This document shows positions 17,922-28,794 of a stretch of 64,000 nt of DNA, one piece after another; the stretch's first letter is position 1; each line of letters opens with the position of its first letter. The notes under the pieces were generated by a model. The model saw nothing but the letters and a program-made list of their open reading frames with translations. It was not told the origin of the DNA and did no database searches. Both the position numbers and the translations under genes were made by a program. Source of the stretch: a virus; IMG/VR virus record IMGVR_UViG_3300041964_000099, positions 57,303-121,302 of that record; one strand, written 5' to 3'.

Positions 17922-20590
17922 GATGCAAAATTCCTTCGAGTTACTAATGAAAAAGGCATGAGGTCTTTGAGTTCGATCGTTAAACCGCGCGGATTATTGG
18001 GCGGAGAATCATTCGGCGATCCCACCGGCTGATCCTGTCGGTTATTGGAACGACGGCGATAGTGAGTAATCGGAATCTTGCGATCAATTCCGGCCTTCAC
18101 TTGCGATACGTCGGCTGTCAACATTGCAGGCCCACCATCAACACCGCCTTGAATTTTGATCGTGTGATCAACGCTCAAGATGCGAGTGCGATGCGTTTCT
18201 CCCTGCACGTTCAGCCGCGCATAATCTAGGGGCCGCAGCCGCACATTAAACGGCACATCAAACTGATAGCTAATTGAGTTTTGCAAGTCACGAATTAGCA
18301 AGTCAGTTTCAGCATGAGCCAAAGCTTGTGCCACCGTATCGCTTGGCGTACTGATGCTGCCGCCGATCGTGTCTTTGCTTGTCCAGCCTGGAGTGCAGAC
18401 AAAGTGCTCGTACTGCTTAGGACTTTTTTTCGTGCGCGGATCGCCTGATTTGTCTTCAGGCTCATCCCGTTCTTTGTTTGGCGGCTTGCGAGTAGCAGCC
18501 GGTGGGCGATCTGTGTTCTCAGTAAAACTTTCACGGACAGCTTTATCGTTAAAGCCCGCGCCCTGTGCTGAGTCTTCCTTGCGCCACTCTACATAAGCAT
18601 CAACATCCAGCTCGCTAGTTCGAGTGAACTTAAATGCTTCTTGATTGTTGTTGACGCCGGACTTGGTAAAGCGGCTGGGGTAAATTATCCGCTTCACGCG
18701 CACATCTGATTCTTCCCCGGTAATCAAAGGTGGCAGTCGTGTTTCAGGCGTGTCGCCGCTATCTGGATTCGGCATTGATGCGAACGAATTCGTGTAGGTA
18801 CGTTCCTCGATCACGAACATCGCTGGCGACCAGGTAGGGTCGCGTACCCAATGCGTTGTGCTGCTGCCGTCACGATTGCAGCGCTCCCACGAAACATAGG
18901 CCGGTTGTTCCTCGGCATCTTCGTAGTATTGCGAGTAAGGCTCTAATATCAAACCCGATCGCTCACACAGGTTGATGCGCCGGAACTCATACATCGATCG
19001 CCGCACTGGATCATCACTCAGCGAAATTGTTTCAAGCTGATCATCTGACTCAGTTTTGAAGCGACCAAGCCGCCAACCTGTTGCGGTATAGCCAATGTAA
19101 AAGCCATAGGTCGGATCATAGATATAGTCCTTCCGCTTGTACTGCACTGGCCCCCAATAAGTGTCAGGAGCACCATTAATTTCCCCGTCCGGTTTCACAA
19201 CTTGCAAAGCGGTATAAGCCCAGCCATACAGCCATTCTTCATCCATGACCGGCTGCCCATCTTCGCTGGTAGCATGTCGCAATGTTTTGGTTGTGCCGCT
19301 GGTATCCCAATTCAGCGAAAGCGTCTTCAGAGCCGTTGTTTCATCGGGTGGTGTGGCCCAATCTTTGTCGCCAGTCGCGAGCGTGACTCGCTTGGGCGAT
19401 CGCGGTATCCATTGCGGGCGCGGTATCGGACTTTGATCTTGATCATCATCGCTATCCCAGTCGCCCGTCAGCTCCCAGTTATCGTATTGAACTGCATAGC
19501 CTTTATAGTCTGGGCTGTGTTTCGGGCTGCCTTGATATTGGATTTTTAGGTCATTCAAGTCGTAAATCCAGCGGCGACCATCTTGAACAGGCCGCGCATA
19601 AACCGCATTCGGATTCGTGTAATCGAGATAGCAGCGGTTCTGCCGAACATAGTTTTGAGCTTCCTGACTCCAAACTGCCGTAGCATTCAGCGGCGAATCA
19701 TTTGGAACTTCAATTGACCAGTTGGCAATGTAGCCCCGCGCAGAACCGGCTGATTTCGGCGCGACAAATTTCACTCCCACCTGTGCGGCTAAAGCGGCGA
19801 TCGTCACGCCACCCCCCAGCACGCTAATGCTCGGTGGATTTAGCTGACAATTGCCGGAATCTTCACCGTTCAAAACCTTTGTCGTCACCAAATTGCTACG
19901 CAAACGTGAGGAACGATTGTATTCATCCTTGGCCCATTTTCCGGTCAAGCTGACCTCAAATTCCCACAGGCCCGACTCCTCCAATGATTCCTGCAAATCA
20001 TCTATAGCAAAGCCGCGATTAAACAGTGTCAGCTCAGTGTCTTTTTGCAGCCGCGTGCGCAGCTTTTCCGCAGCTTGACGATCGATCGTTGCCAAACTCA
20101 ATGAGCCAGAAGGCTGTTCTTCAAGTGATTCACTCCAGCGAATTTCACCTTTAACAGGCAAATCTTCCAGCACTTTAACCAGGGAAGACGGCACATAGTC
20201 TGTCGGCACGACATCGATCGTGCCTGCAATCACAGCCGATCGCCCTACAGCCAAGCGCCGCCGATCGCGCAACCGTAGCTGAATCGTTGCAGGCTCACCT
20301 GCAATTGCAAACGTATTAACCGCAGGTGTTGCTGATTCCGCAGGCAGAAAAACCTGACCATCAAATTGAATTTGGTCGATCGATCGCCAGTTATCCGGCA
20401 AAGCGATCGTTGCAGTGTCGCCATCCACTGCGGTAATTGTTCCGGGCACTTGAAACGCATCCCATTCCAGCACTGAATCCAGCACAGGAGCAAGTGAACT
20501 CAAAGTTGCGATCGGCGTGATCCGGCGATTGCCTAGTTTTGCAATTGGAATGGCGACACTGGGCGTCGCGGCGCGGCTCAAAGTCCACAT
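17918..20590 (-). CDS. Tail hub / baseplate-type protein
   Basis: 890 aa, two genes downstream of the tape measure; C-terminal VPFNVRLRPLDYARL...RILSVDHTIK is hub-like. Confidence 0.55.
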   Translation of the reverse strand: MWTLSRAATPSVAIPIAKLGNRRITPIATLSSLAPVLDSVLEWDAFQVPGTITAVDGDTATIALPDNWRSIDQIQFDGQVFLPAESATPAVNTFAIAGEPATIQLRLRDRRRLAVGRSAVIAGTIDVVPTDYVPSSLVKVLEDLPVKGEIRWSESLEEQPSGSLSLATIDRQAAEKLRTRLQKDTELTLFNRGFAIDDLQESLEESGLWEFEVSLTGKWAKDEYNRSSRLRSNLVTTKVLNGEDSGNCQLNPPSISVLGGGVTIAALAAQVGVKFVAPKSAGSARGYIANWSIEVPNDSPLNATAVWSQEAQNYVRQNRCYLDYTNPNAVYARPVQDGRRWIYDLNDLKIQYQGSPKHSPDYKGYAVQYDNWELTGDWDSDDDQDQSPIPRPQWIPRSPKRVTLATGDKDWATPPDETTALKTLSLNWDTSGTTKTLRHATSEDGQPVMDEEWLYGWAYTALQVVKPDGEINGAPDTYWGPVQYKRKDYIYDPTYGFYIGYTATGWRLGRFKTESDDQLETISLSDDPVRRSMYEFRRINLCERSGLILEPYSQYYEDAEEQPAYVSWERCNRDGSSTTHWVRDPTWSPAMFVIEERTYTNSFASMPNPDSGDTPETRLPPLITGEESDVRVKRIIYPSRFTKSGVNNNQEAFKFTRTSELDVDAYVEWRKEDSAQGAGFNDKAVRESFTENTDRPPAATRKPPNKERDEPEDKSGDPRTKKSPKQYEHFVCTPGWTSKDTIGGSISTPSDTVAQALAHAETDLLIRDLQNSISYQFDVPFNVRLRPLDYARLNVQGETHRTRILSVDHTIKIQGGVDGGPAMLTADVSQVKAGIDRKIPITHYRRRSNNRQDQPVGSPNDSPPNNPRGLTIELKDLMPFSLVTRRNFAS

Positions 20591-20623
20591 AGCGGTTCTA
20601 AGTCGTAACTCGCTTAGAATTCC

Positions 20624-21175
20624 CTACCCTAGCCGTCTGCGCTTGCCCCGCTCTTGAAACTTGAGAACAAACCCTTTTCCATAAAGCTTTTGGCCTGTCC
20701 CGACCGTTCCAGCCGATTCGTTCAGTTCAATAATGCGGCCCGTGCGAACTGTATAGACTTCCCCTGTTGTTTTGTCCAGCCAGTCTTCTACCTCTGGCCG
20801 CACAAAATCGATCAGCGTCACCGGCACATGCCGCCGTCGATTCGGTGTTGTGCAGTCAAATCCAATCCGCTCAACCAGCATCAACTTGCCAAATTCAGGA
20901 TCAGTCACCGTGGCGTCAAACCCCAAACGCACCAGTGGAGACGGTGCAACCTGCGTCGTCAGCGTGTCTACATAAGTGGGTGCAGCCTGCATTGTCCGCT
21001 GCGGCACATACTTTTCTTGATGCACGTTCAGCCGTAAGTAAAAATGGCCTTCAAACGTCTCAAACCAAGTCTCCGGCACTCGAAATAAAGCCGGATATTC
21101 CGGCTTGCACCGCAGCAGTAAGCGGCGAATTGGCGTTTTAGGGTCGAGAGCAGAATCAGAGCAAATATTCGTCAT
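20624..21175 (-). CDS. Distal-tail-like protein
   Basis: Directly follows the tape measure (ATGA overlap). Confidence 0.5.
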   Translation of the reverse strand: MTNICSDSALDPKTPIRRLLLRCKPEYPALFRVPETWFETFEGHFYLRLNVHQEKYVPQRTMQAAPTYVDTLTTQVAPSPLVRLGFDATVTDPEFGKLMLVERIGFDCTTPNRRRHVPVTLIDFVRPEVEDWLDKTTGEVYTVRTGRIIELNESAGTVGTGQKLYGKGFVLKFQERGKRRRLG

Positions 21176-24100
21176 CGTCGGGCCTGTCGAATTTTACGAG
21201 CGAGTGCATAGCTTTGGGCGTTGTAAATTTGTTCTACCTGCTGCCCTAATCGACCGCTGGCAACATCACCAGCGGTAAAGGTGTTGTTGTTCTCGATCGT
21301 CTGCGTAAACTGCATTGTGCCCAGTGATTGCAGCATCGAATTCACACCGTTTAGGGCCTCAAGCACTTGCGGCGACTCCATTGCACCCGCCAATCTAGGG
21401 GTGCTAGCTGGCATCAAAGTGGGCATCGGTGGCAGTGCCATCGAGGGCGCTTGCGGAATCAACCCCGCTGGCAGCATCACCGGCATCTGACTGCGGCCAA
21501 ACCCGCGATCGAGCATTTGGTTTGCAGCCTGGTTGCTGGTTGTGCGCAACGTTGCCATGCTGCCCAGGCCCAGCTCAGACAGCAAATCTTGCTGCAAGTC
21601 GCGATTCGCGCGGTTTCGATCGCGAGGGTTGAGCGTGCCAATCAAATTGACTTGAGCATTTAGCCGCGCAGCCTGCTGATCACTGCGCTGAGCCGCCAGC
21701 TCAAACGCCTCAAGCTGCCGCGCTGCTGCATCCTGCTGCCGTAGCGTGCCTCCTTGCTCGCGCAAAGACTGGCCCTCCATCATGCTTGCAACCACCTGGC
21801 CGCGAGCGGCCTGAATCTGCGCCGCCGTCGCTTCTGGATTGGCCTCAGTCGTGGCAAGGTCAGCGAGGGCTTTGGCCGTTGCAGACTGGTTGCGAATTTG
21901 AGCAATTCGGTTCTCAGACATCTCTCGATCGCGAGCAAGCTGCTGTTGCCGCTGGTTCAACTCGGTAATGCTGCGCTCCATCTGCTGACGGCGATCGAGG
22001 GTCTGAAGCTGAATTGTTGCGGTCAGACGCGCAATATCGCGCCGCTGAGCTTCGCTGTTGGTCGTTGAACTCAATGCACTCAGCTCAGCGTCAATCAATC
22101 CCTGATTGGCCTGTAGAAGCGTCTTGCGAGCATCTAGAAGGCGATTTTGCTGCTCATAGCTGCGTGAAATCAAGTCAATTTGGCGCTGCTGCTGCTCTAG
22201 CGCCATAATCTTGAACTGATCTTCGTTCTGCTGCTGTAGAAGCTGATCTTCCAGCCTGGATTGCAGAGCTTCGCGTACCTGCTGCTGCCGCTGATACTCT
22301 TTCTCAGCGAGGCTCAGCGTCAGGTCATGAGTGCGCTGGCGTGAGCTGCGAATATTCCGCTGTCGATCCTCTTCAGCATCAGGGTCAGAGAAGGCAGGCA
22401 TGGCTTCAAGCTCAGCCAATTTTTGCTCCTCAATTGCCAGCTCATCTTTTGCCGTTTGCGTCGCAGCCGCAAGCCGCTGCTCATTTGCCTGCCGCGATCG
22501 AATCGCCCCACTGTTCAACCCTTCCTGAATTGCAATATTGGTCAAGGTTTCGGTTTCCTTGACCGCATCTAGCAGCTTCTGGCGAGCATCTTCAGCAATT
22601 TTGAGCTGACGATCGTAAAAATCTTGCTGGGCCTGCACGCGCCGTTTAGCAATGTCAGCTTCTGCCGCTGCCAGCCGCTCTTGACCTTCGACATCAGTAG
22701 CCGAAATCCGAGCGCGTTCCTGCTCAACAATCGCCTGTTCCCGGTCAAGTTGAGCTTCGGTCAAAGCGAGCGATCGCTCGGCGTACTCACCTCGCGACAT
22801 TTCACCTTGAGCCTTTTCCCCTTCTAAAATCGTCTGCTGCTCTTGAGCATCTTCACTAGCGGCCTGTCGAAGCTGATCGAAAAATTGATCTTGAGCTTTC
22901 CGGCGCTGCTGCAAAATTTCAGCCTCAGCCGCTGCCAGTTTTTCTTGGCCTTCAAGATCAGTTGCAGCAAGTTGACTGCGCTGCTGCCGTACCAGCTCCA
23001 ATTCTTTATCAAGGCGAGCCGTGGTCAAGTCGATCGACGCTTGAGCATATTCTTCTTGGCTCATTTTCCCTTCGGACTGCTGAGCTTCCATAAGCTGAAG
23101 CTGCTCATCAGCATCCTGCTGAATTGCTGAGCGCTGCTCTTGAAAGAAACGATCGCGAGATTCGCGCCGCTGCTGATAAATGGCTGCCTCACGAGTTGCG
23201 AGCGCTTCCAGCCCCTCTTTATCATTCGGGTCAAGCTTTTGCCGCTGTTCTTCAATAATTGCTAGCTCCTCATCCAGTCGGGCCTGAGTGATGTCTAGCG
23301 TGGCCTGGTTGTAGGTCTCATCGTCCATCAAAGCTTGAGCGCGACGGCCCTCAAGCTGCGTCTGGGCTTCTTCAAAATCTTTCAACCGCTGCTCACGTTC
23401 TTGCTGCCGCAGCTCGGCTGCATTGGTTGCCTGTTGTGTCAGAATTTCCTGCTCGCTGTTGGCTGTGCGGCGAGTATCTTCGGCTTGAGCTGCATTCGAT
23501 GCCGCCTCAGTCTGGCTGCGATCGGCCCGTAGTGACTCAATTTGCTTCGTGAGGAGATCGCTATCAGTAGCGCTCAAATTGCCCGCATTTAGCTTCGATT
23601 GAGCTTCACCAATTTGAGCATCAATTAGGGCTAAGGCTGACTGCAACTCTTCGGCCCGCAGGCGATCGCGCTCAGCTTTATCGGCTCGAAGCTGTTCAAG
23701 CCGCTGCTCTAATCCTTTGCCTTCGATTTCAAGAAGCTGCCGCTGCTTGGCCGCTTCACCCATCGTTTCATCTGCCGCAGCCTGCTCAATAATCGACTTT
23801 TCCCGGTCGATCGCTTCTGCATCACGCTGATTTGCTTGCTCGCGAGCGCTGGCAACGGCCTCCTGAGCTTTAATTTGAATCTCAGCAGAAACGTTGGCAT
23901 TGTTGGCAAGCTGCTGATAGCGTCGGGCTGCTTCCTCACTGCTAATTTGGCCTAGCTTGACCTGGGCCTCTGTAACTTCAAACAGTTCCTCAGCTTTCTG
24001 TGTTGCTTGCTCACTTGTGCCAACTCCTTTAGCAATAAACTCTAATGCGGCCTGGGCCTTGCCGCCAAGCTGTTCCATTGTTGTGCCCAGTCTTGGCAAT

Positions 24101-27100
24101 TCTGGAGGAGTAATTTGAGTGTTTGGAATCTCCTCAAGTTCCGATCGAATTGACTTCAAAAGCTGTAGCTGAGCGGCTAAATCTTGCTTCTGACGAGCAT
24201 TAACCGGATTCTGCTTCTCCAAATAAGCAATTTGGGCATCGACATCTTCTTTGCGCGTTTTGATAATGTCTTCGCGCAATTTAATTTGTTCGCCTAACCG
24301 TTTCGATTCGGCAGTATTGCCCGCAGCATTCGCTTCAGCCTGCTTATTGCGTAAATTAGCTAGCTCTTGTTCTTCAGCAACCGTCTGGCTCCAGTTCGCT
24401 TGCAGCTTACTGCGATACTCGTCCGCCTGCCGCATCGTAACATCGAACGCTTTCCCTTCATCCGCCAGCCGCGATTGAGCTTCTTCTTCAACAAAAGTTG
24501 GCCCTTTGTCGCCCTGCATGGCGTTGAAAACGTTCAAGTTCTGCGAAAAGTCAGCCAGCTTCGACAGCCAGCTCGCATTTTTCTCTAAATCGTCCAGCCG
24601 CTTTTCAATGTAGGTACTGACTGAATCATTCAGAGCGGCAGCACTGTTGGCCGTTGACTTAAGCTGTGATTCTAAAGTGCTAAGTTTCTGGCTAGTTTCA
24701 GCGACCGCATCACTGTAGTTGGAGACCGCATTTTTGCTTGCTTCTGTCAGTTTGGTGTACAGCCCGATCGCCTCGGTCACAGTGGCGATCGCCGCCGTCA
24801 GCAGCAGCACAGGGCCAAACTCCAGCGCCATTGCTCCTAGTGCCTTGCCAATCCCTGCAAATGCGCTAGAAATGCCCTTCCCAGCCACAACAGATAGCGA
24901 CTGCAAATTTTTCAGGTTCAGCGCTGCCAACTCGCTTGATTTGAGCAGCCCTTTTTGCGCGGTATCGGCTCGAAGAATGCTGCCGCCAAACTCCTGAATG
25001 CTGGCCCCTGCCCCGGTTGCCTGTTTGCCAACGCGATCGAAGCCTACTTTTTCTAAGCTTTGCCCCAACTGCATAATGCTTTCGCCGGAAAGCCGCGTAA
25101 CCGCACCACCAACCTGCTCAAATGTGCCTCTCAGCCGCTGCATCGGTGTGACTGCACTCGTGGCCTGCTGCTGAATTTGCATAAGCTCGCGCTTGCGATT
25201 GGCAAGCTCTGCCCCTTGATTTTTGCGGGCGGCAAAAATGCTGTCAATTTCCTGCTGAACCGCTTTCTGCTGCTCGGCTATCTCTCGAAACTGAGCGCTG
25301 TTGCGCACCGGATCGACCTTAGACTTTTGGCCGTTGAGGTCAGCAAGTTGAGCTTTGCGATCAGCGATCGCCTGTTTGAAGTCAGCAGCTTGACTTTTCA
25401 GTTGAGCGGCAAAATTGCTGCTATCATTTTTCATCGCTGCCTGTTTGTTACCAAAAAATGAGGCAACTTCAGACGAAGTATCGCGAATTCCTTGAGAAAA
25501 ATCTCGCAGTGACTTAGTAGCTTGAGCGGCCCAGCTCGTAACTGATGCAGCAGCTTTCACTGAGAAAGTTTTAATCATGTCCATCATGGCCGGGAGTAGC
25601 CCCGCTCGAATTGCTACCCCTAAGCCAAAAATCACGCCGGTGGCAACAACAAACGGGTCGGTCATGAAGTTGTAAATCATGCCGCCCAATTTCTTCAGCC
25701 CTTCCGCCACGGCCTGCAACGTTAAAAGCAACCCTTTGTTTTTAAGGATGAAATTGTCAAAAATGTAGAACGCTGCAAACACTCCAGCCGACAGCAAACC
25801 AAATGACATAAGCTGCTGCCGCGCCATTGCTCCGGCTAATTTTGCTGCCTCTGTAAATTTGGTGTTGATGAATGTGGCATTGTCGATATTGTTGGCGTAG
25901 ACCGAAACCGTGCTAGAAACCTGCTGAATCGCTGGGGCCAAATTGCGGAATGCACCCCCGGCGACATCAGACGTTGCAACGAGGTCAGCAAACCGCCCAA
26001 TCAATCCCGGCACTTGTTTGGTGAGGTTGAAAAACACCTGATCAAGGCCGGGAAGCACACGGGTTAAACCTGCGAACTGAATTCCTATCCCGGCAAGTTG
26101 CGGAATCATGCCCGCAAACACGCCACCCAGCGGCCCCATCCGGCTCGCCACTAAGCCAGCCAGCGCCGGAATCGCATTCAGGTGCTTACCCAGCATCAAA
26201 AAGCCTGCGCCGCCAAAGCCAATTTGTTTGGCAAGGGTCGCAAAAGTGTTGATCAAGCCATTCGATCGACCTGTCAGGAGAAACAGCACCTCACCCACTC
26301 CAGGCAATGCCTGAAATAGCGTTCCAAATCCTCCTGATAAGAACGTAACGGCCTTGTGCAGCACAAAGGCTTGCAGCGCAATTTTCAAGAAAGGGCCACC
26401 CAAGGCGTAAGCTTGTGTGGCAAGTTGAGCCATCACGTTAATGGCTGGCTGCACGATCGGAATCACCGTCTTGATCGCATTGGCAAACTCAGTAATCGCG
26501 CTCGCGAGCGACTTAACTAGGTACTGAGGAACTTGACCTAGCAGTTCTGCTGTTGAGTTGTACAGCATTGCCAAGGCATCGATCGCCTGCTCTGCTGCGA
26601 CAAATATCTGCCCCACCAAGTTGCCTACTGTGTCGGCAACTGCATCAAGATTCTGGTTGAGATATTGATAAAAGTCATCCAGCCGTTTTACAATCGGGTC
26701 AAGCAGCGGCTCCCCAGCTTTGCGGCCAATTTCGTCAAATACCTCCTGAATATTTGACGTAATACCTGAAACGCTTTTCGCACTTAACGCATTACCGGCC
26801 CGGAAAGCTTCAAGTCTCTTGGTCAGATTTTCAAAAATTGTGCCTTGACTTTTCCAAGTTGCAACCTGCTGGTTCGTAATCCCCAAACTCTTTGCCAGCA
26901 CCGAGTTCATGTCGATCGTGCCACTCAGAATTGAGGTGATTTCCTGACGGGCCTGCCCCATATCGAGGCCAAGCGTACCCATCGCCGCAGCCGCCGAAAG
27001 AGTTAAGTCAGCGGCCTGATCGAGGTTGATGCCAATCTGCGCCGACTGTCCGGCAATAATTTGGAACGATTCAATAAGCTGGTTTGACGTGACGCCCACC

Positions 27101-28794
27101 AGCTCTAGCGAGCCTTCCCGCAGCTTGGCAATCGAAGCATTAATCGGCCCTTCAAGTGCCTGAATTGCCTGAGTCGGATCAGCGATCGCCGATCCATCCA
27201 TTCCCATGACTGAGTTTGTCGCAACCAAACTGCTCTGTGTGGCAAGCAGTTGCTCGCGCAATCGCACGTTTTGACCAATCAGCATGTCAAACGGGCCACC
27301 GACCACAAACTGCTGAAGCGCTTGAACGCCAGAGCTGAAGAAAGCCATCTGCTGAGTGACTTCAAAAACCTTATCGGTAACGCCACCCACAGCGCCCTGA
27401 ATTGACTGGAAAACAGATAGCGGTTCGTTAAAGCCAGCAATTCCACCAAAAACTTGGCTGACCGCACCGACTGGGTTTGCAAGCTGACTCGGAATCTGCT
27501 CGACAAAATCAACGGTATTGCGAATCGTTTCGTCAATTTTATTCGCTGCTGCACCAACGCCCTGTAACGATTTCTGTAAAAATCCCTGTCCAAACGCTGT
27601 GCCTAGTCGCGCCCCAAGTCGGCTCCCAATATCTCCTAATAAACCGTCTGTACCTTCATCCAGCTTGCCAAGTGACTGTAAAAGCTGTTCACGAATTGGC
27701 TTCAATGCGCCACTCTCGCCAGAAAATGCTTTTTTAATCAATGCCTGCAACGAAGCCTGAACGGGTTCTTCAAGCTGTACTAACTGGCCGCCTAAAAGCT
27801 CTTGCACCCCTGGCAGTGCGCCTTCTAGCACTTCCTTAAACGGTGACGGCACATTGCTTAAGTCAACTTGTTCAAATGCCGTTGTTAAGGCGTCATCTAC
27901 GATCGTTGAGAACTGAAAGCCTTCTGCTACATATTCGGCAATCATGCCTCCAGCTTTTTCAAAATCGCCCTGACTGCCGAGCGTAATTGCGTCAGCATTT
28001 TCATATGCTGTTCGCAAACCATCCTCAATCTTTCCAGCAATAACAGTTTCTAGTGCATCGAAAACGTTGCCTTCTAGAAGCTGCTTTATTTCTGGCGGCA
28101 ATGCTGCACCTTTCACCAAACCGCCCAGCGCTCCGCCTGTGATTTGATTCACTCCAGCCGGAAGCTGTGCCTCAATCAGGCGATCGACACCGAAATTTAA
28201 TAGCGGGGAAAGTGCCTCACCAAACAAGTCTTTACCAGCCAGTCTTTTCCCAAAAACTTCCGGCAGTTGGTCAGCAAATGAATTTGTCCAGTCCTCACCA
28301 ATTCTTTTGACATCTTTGAGCAGCGTTTGAGCAATCGATCGTGAAAAGCTCTGAGTTTTTTGCTGAATTTGGGTTTGTGTGCCCATCAGCTCATTCAAAA
28401 GCTGGCCCTGGCTTTCTGTGCCCAAAGCACCCCCTAGCGCTGGCTTGATAACGCTAGAAAGTCCGCCCATCAACTCACTTAAGCTGGCGATTTTTTCAAC
28501 GGCTTCATCTGCCTGCTGGCCCAGGCTTGTAATGAGCTGCTGCGATGCAGGCATGTTTAAGATGCGCTGAAGTAGCCCGATCGCCTGGTTCAGCTCTGCC
28601 AATCTGCCGATCGCGCTGCCGCCCAAAGCCGTGAAAACGGTACTTAGCCCGATCATCTGAGTTTGCAGCAGACCCACGGATGTGCCTAACGCTGCTACCT
28701 GAGTGCCGGTTGATTTAAAGATATCCGAGGCTCGATCGCTCGCCTGGATAACAATGTTGACGGCACTAGAGCGCTCAGTTGCAGAGATTGCCAT
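21172..28794 (-). CDS. Tape measure protein (2540 aa)
   Basis: N-terminal VNIVIQASDRAS, Ala/Gly/Leu/Gln-rich helical sequence, hydrophobic middle, long coiled-coil C-terminal half. Confidence 0.85.
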   Translation of the reverse strand: MAISATERSSAVNIVIQASDRASDIFKSTGTQVAALGTSVGLLQTQMIGLSTVFTALGGSAIGRLAELNQAIGLLQRILNMPASQQLITSLGQQADEAVEKIASLSELMGGLSSVIKPALGGALGTESQGQLLNELMGTQTQIQQKTQSFSRSIAQTLLKDVKRIGEDWTNSFADQLPEVFGKRLAGKDLFGEALSPLLNFGVDRLIEAQLPAGVNQITGGALGGLVKGAALPPEIKQLLEGNVFDALETVIAGKIEDGLRTAYENADAITLGSQGDFEKAGGMIAEYVAEGFQFSTIVDDALTTAFEQVDLSNVPSPFKEVLEGALPGVQELLGGQLVQLEEPVQASLQALIKKAFSGESGALKPIREQLLQSLGKLDEGTDGLLGDIGSRLGARLGTAFGQGFLQKSLQGVGAAANKIDETIRNTVDFVEQIPSQLANPVGAVSQVFGGIAGFNEPLSVFQSIQGAVGGVTDKVFEVTQQMAFFSSGVQALQQFVVGGPFDMLIGQNVRLREQLLATQSSLVATNSVMGMDGSAIADPTQAIQALEGPINASIAKLREGSLELVGVTSNQLIESFQIIAGQSAQIGINLDQAADLTLSAAAAMGTLGLDMGQARQEITSILSGTIDMNSVLAKSLGITNQQVATWKSQGTIFENLTKRLEAFRAGNALSAKSVSGITSNIQEVFDEIGRKAGEPLLDPIVKRLDDFYQYLNQNLDAVADTVGNLVGQIFVAAEQAIDALAMLYNSTAELLGQVPQYLVKSLASAITEFANAIKTVIPIVQPAINVMAQLATQAYALGGPFLKIALQAFVLHKAVTFLSGGFGTLFQALPGVGEVLFLLTGRSNGLINTFATLAKQIGFGGAGFLMLGKHLNAIPALAGLVASRMGPLGGVFAGMIPQLAGIGIQFAGLTRVLPGLDQVFFNLTKQVPGLIGRFADLVATSDVAGGAFRNLAPAIQQVSSTVSVYANNIDNATFINTKFTEAAKLAGAMARQQLMSFGLLSAGVFAAFYIFDNFILKNKGLLLTLQAVAEGLKKLGGMIYNFMTDPFVVATGVIFGLGVAIRAGLLPAMMDMIKTFSVKAAASVTSWAAQATKSLRDFSQGIRDTSSEVASFFGNKQAAMKNDSSNFAAQLKSQAADFKQAIADRKAQLADLNGQKSKVDPVRNSAQFREIAEQQKAVQQEIDSIFAARKNQGAELANRKRELMQIQQQATSAVTPMQRLRGTFEQVGGAVTRLSGESIMQLGQSLEKVGFDRVGKQATGAGASIQEFGGSILRADTAQKGLLKSSELAALNLKNLQSLSVVAGKGISSAFAGIGKALGAMALEFGPVLLLTAAIATVTEAIGLYTKLTEASKNAVSNYSDAVAETSQKLSTLESQLKSTANSAAALNDSVSTYIEKRLDDLEKNASWLSKLADFSQNLNVFNAMQGDKGPTFVEEEAQSRLADEGKAFDVTMRQADEYRSKLQANWSQTVAEEQELANLRNKQAEANAAGNTAESKRLGEQIKLREDIIKTRKEDVDAQIAYLEKQNPVNARQKQDLAAQLQLLKSIRSELEEIPNTQITPPELPRLGTTMEQLGGKAQAALEFIAKGVGTSEQATQKAEELFEVTEAQVKLGQISSEEAARRYQQLANNANVSAEIQIKAQEAVASAREQANQRDAEAIDREKSIIEQAAADETMGEAAKQRQLLEIEGKGLEQRLEQLRADKAERDRLRAEELQSALALIDAQIGEAQSKLNAGNLSATDSDLLTKQIESLRADRSQTEAASNAAQAEDTRRTANSEQEILTQQATNAAELRQQEREQRLKDFEEAQTQLEGRRAQALMDDETYNQATLDITQARLDEELAIIEEQRQKLDPNDKEGLEALATREAAIYQQRRESRDRFFQEQRSAIQQDADEQLQLMEAQQSEGKMSQEEYAQASIDLTTARLDKELELVRQQRSQLAATDLEGQEKLAAAEAEILQQRRKAQDQFFDQLRQAASEDAQEQQTILEGEKAQGEMSRGEYAERSLALTEAQLDREQAIVEQERARISATDVEGQERLAAAEADIAKRRVQAQQDFYDRQLKIAEDARQKLLDAVKETETLTNIAIQEGLNSGAIRSRQANEQRLAAATQTAKDELAIEEQKLAELEAMPAFSDPDAEEDRQRNIRSSRQRTHDLTLSLAEKEYQRQQQVREALQSRLEDQLLQQQNEDQFKIMALEQQQRQIDLISRSYEQQNRLLDARKTLLQANQGLIDAELSALSSTTNSEAQRRDIARLTATIQLQTLDRRQQMERSITELNQRQQQLARDREMSENRIAQIRNQSATAKALADLATTEANPEATAAQIQAARGQVVASMMEGQSLREQGGTLRQQDAAARQLEAFELAAQRSDQQAARLNAQVNLIGTLNPRDRNRANRDLQQDLLSELGLGSMATLRTTSNQAANQMLDRGFGRSQMPVMLPAGLIPQAPSMALPPMPTLMPASTPRLAGAMESPQVLEALNGVNSMLQSLGTMQFTQTIENNNTFTAGDVASGRLGQQVEQIYNAQSYALARKIRQARR

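Noticed and set aside
21281-28570. Many + strand ORFs inside the tape measure gene (and similar ones inside 28795..31770, 38209..46650 and terL)
   Set aside because: Antisense shadow frames of long coding genes, with no motifs or ribosome-binding context.
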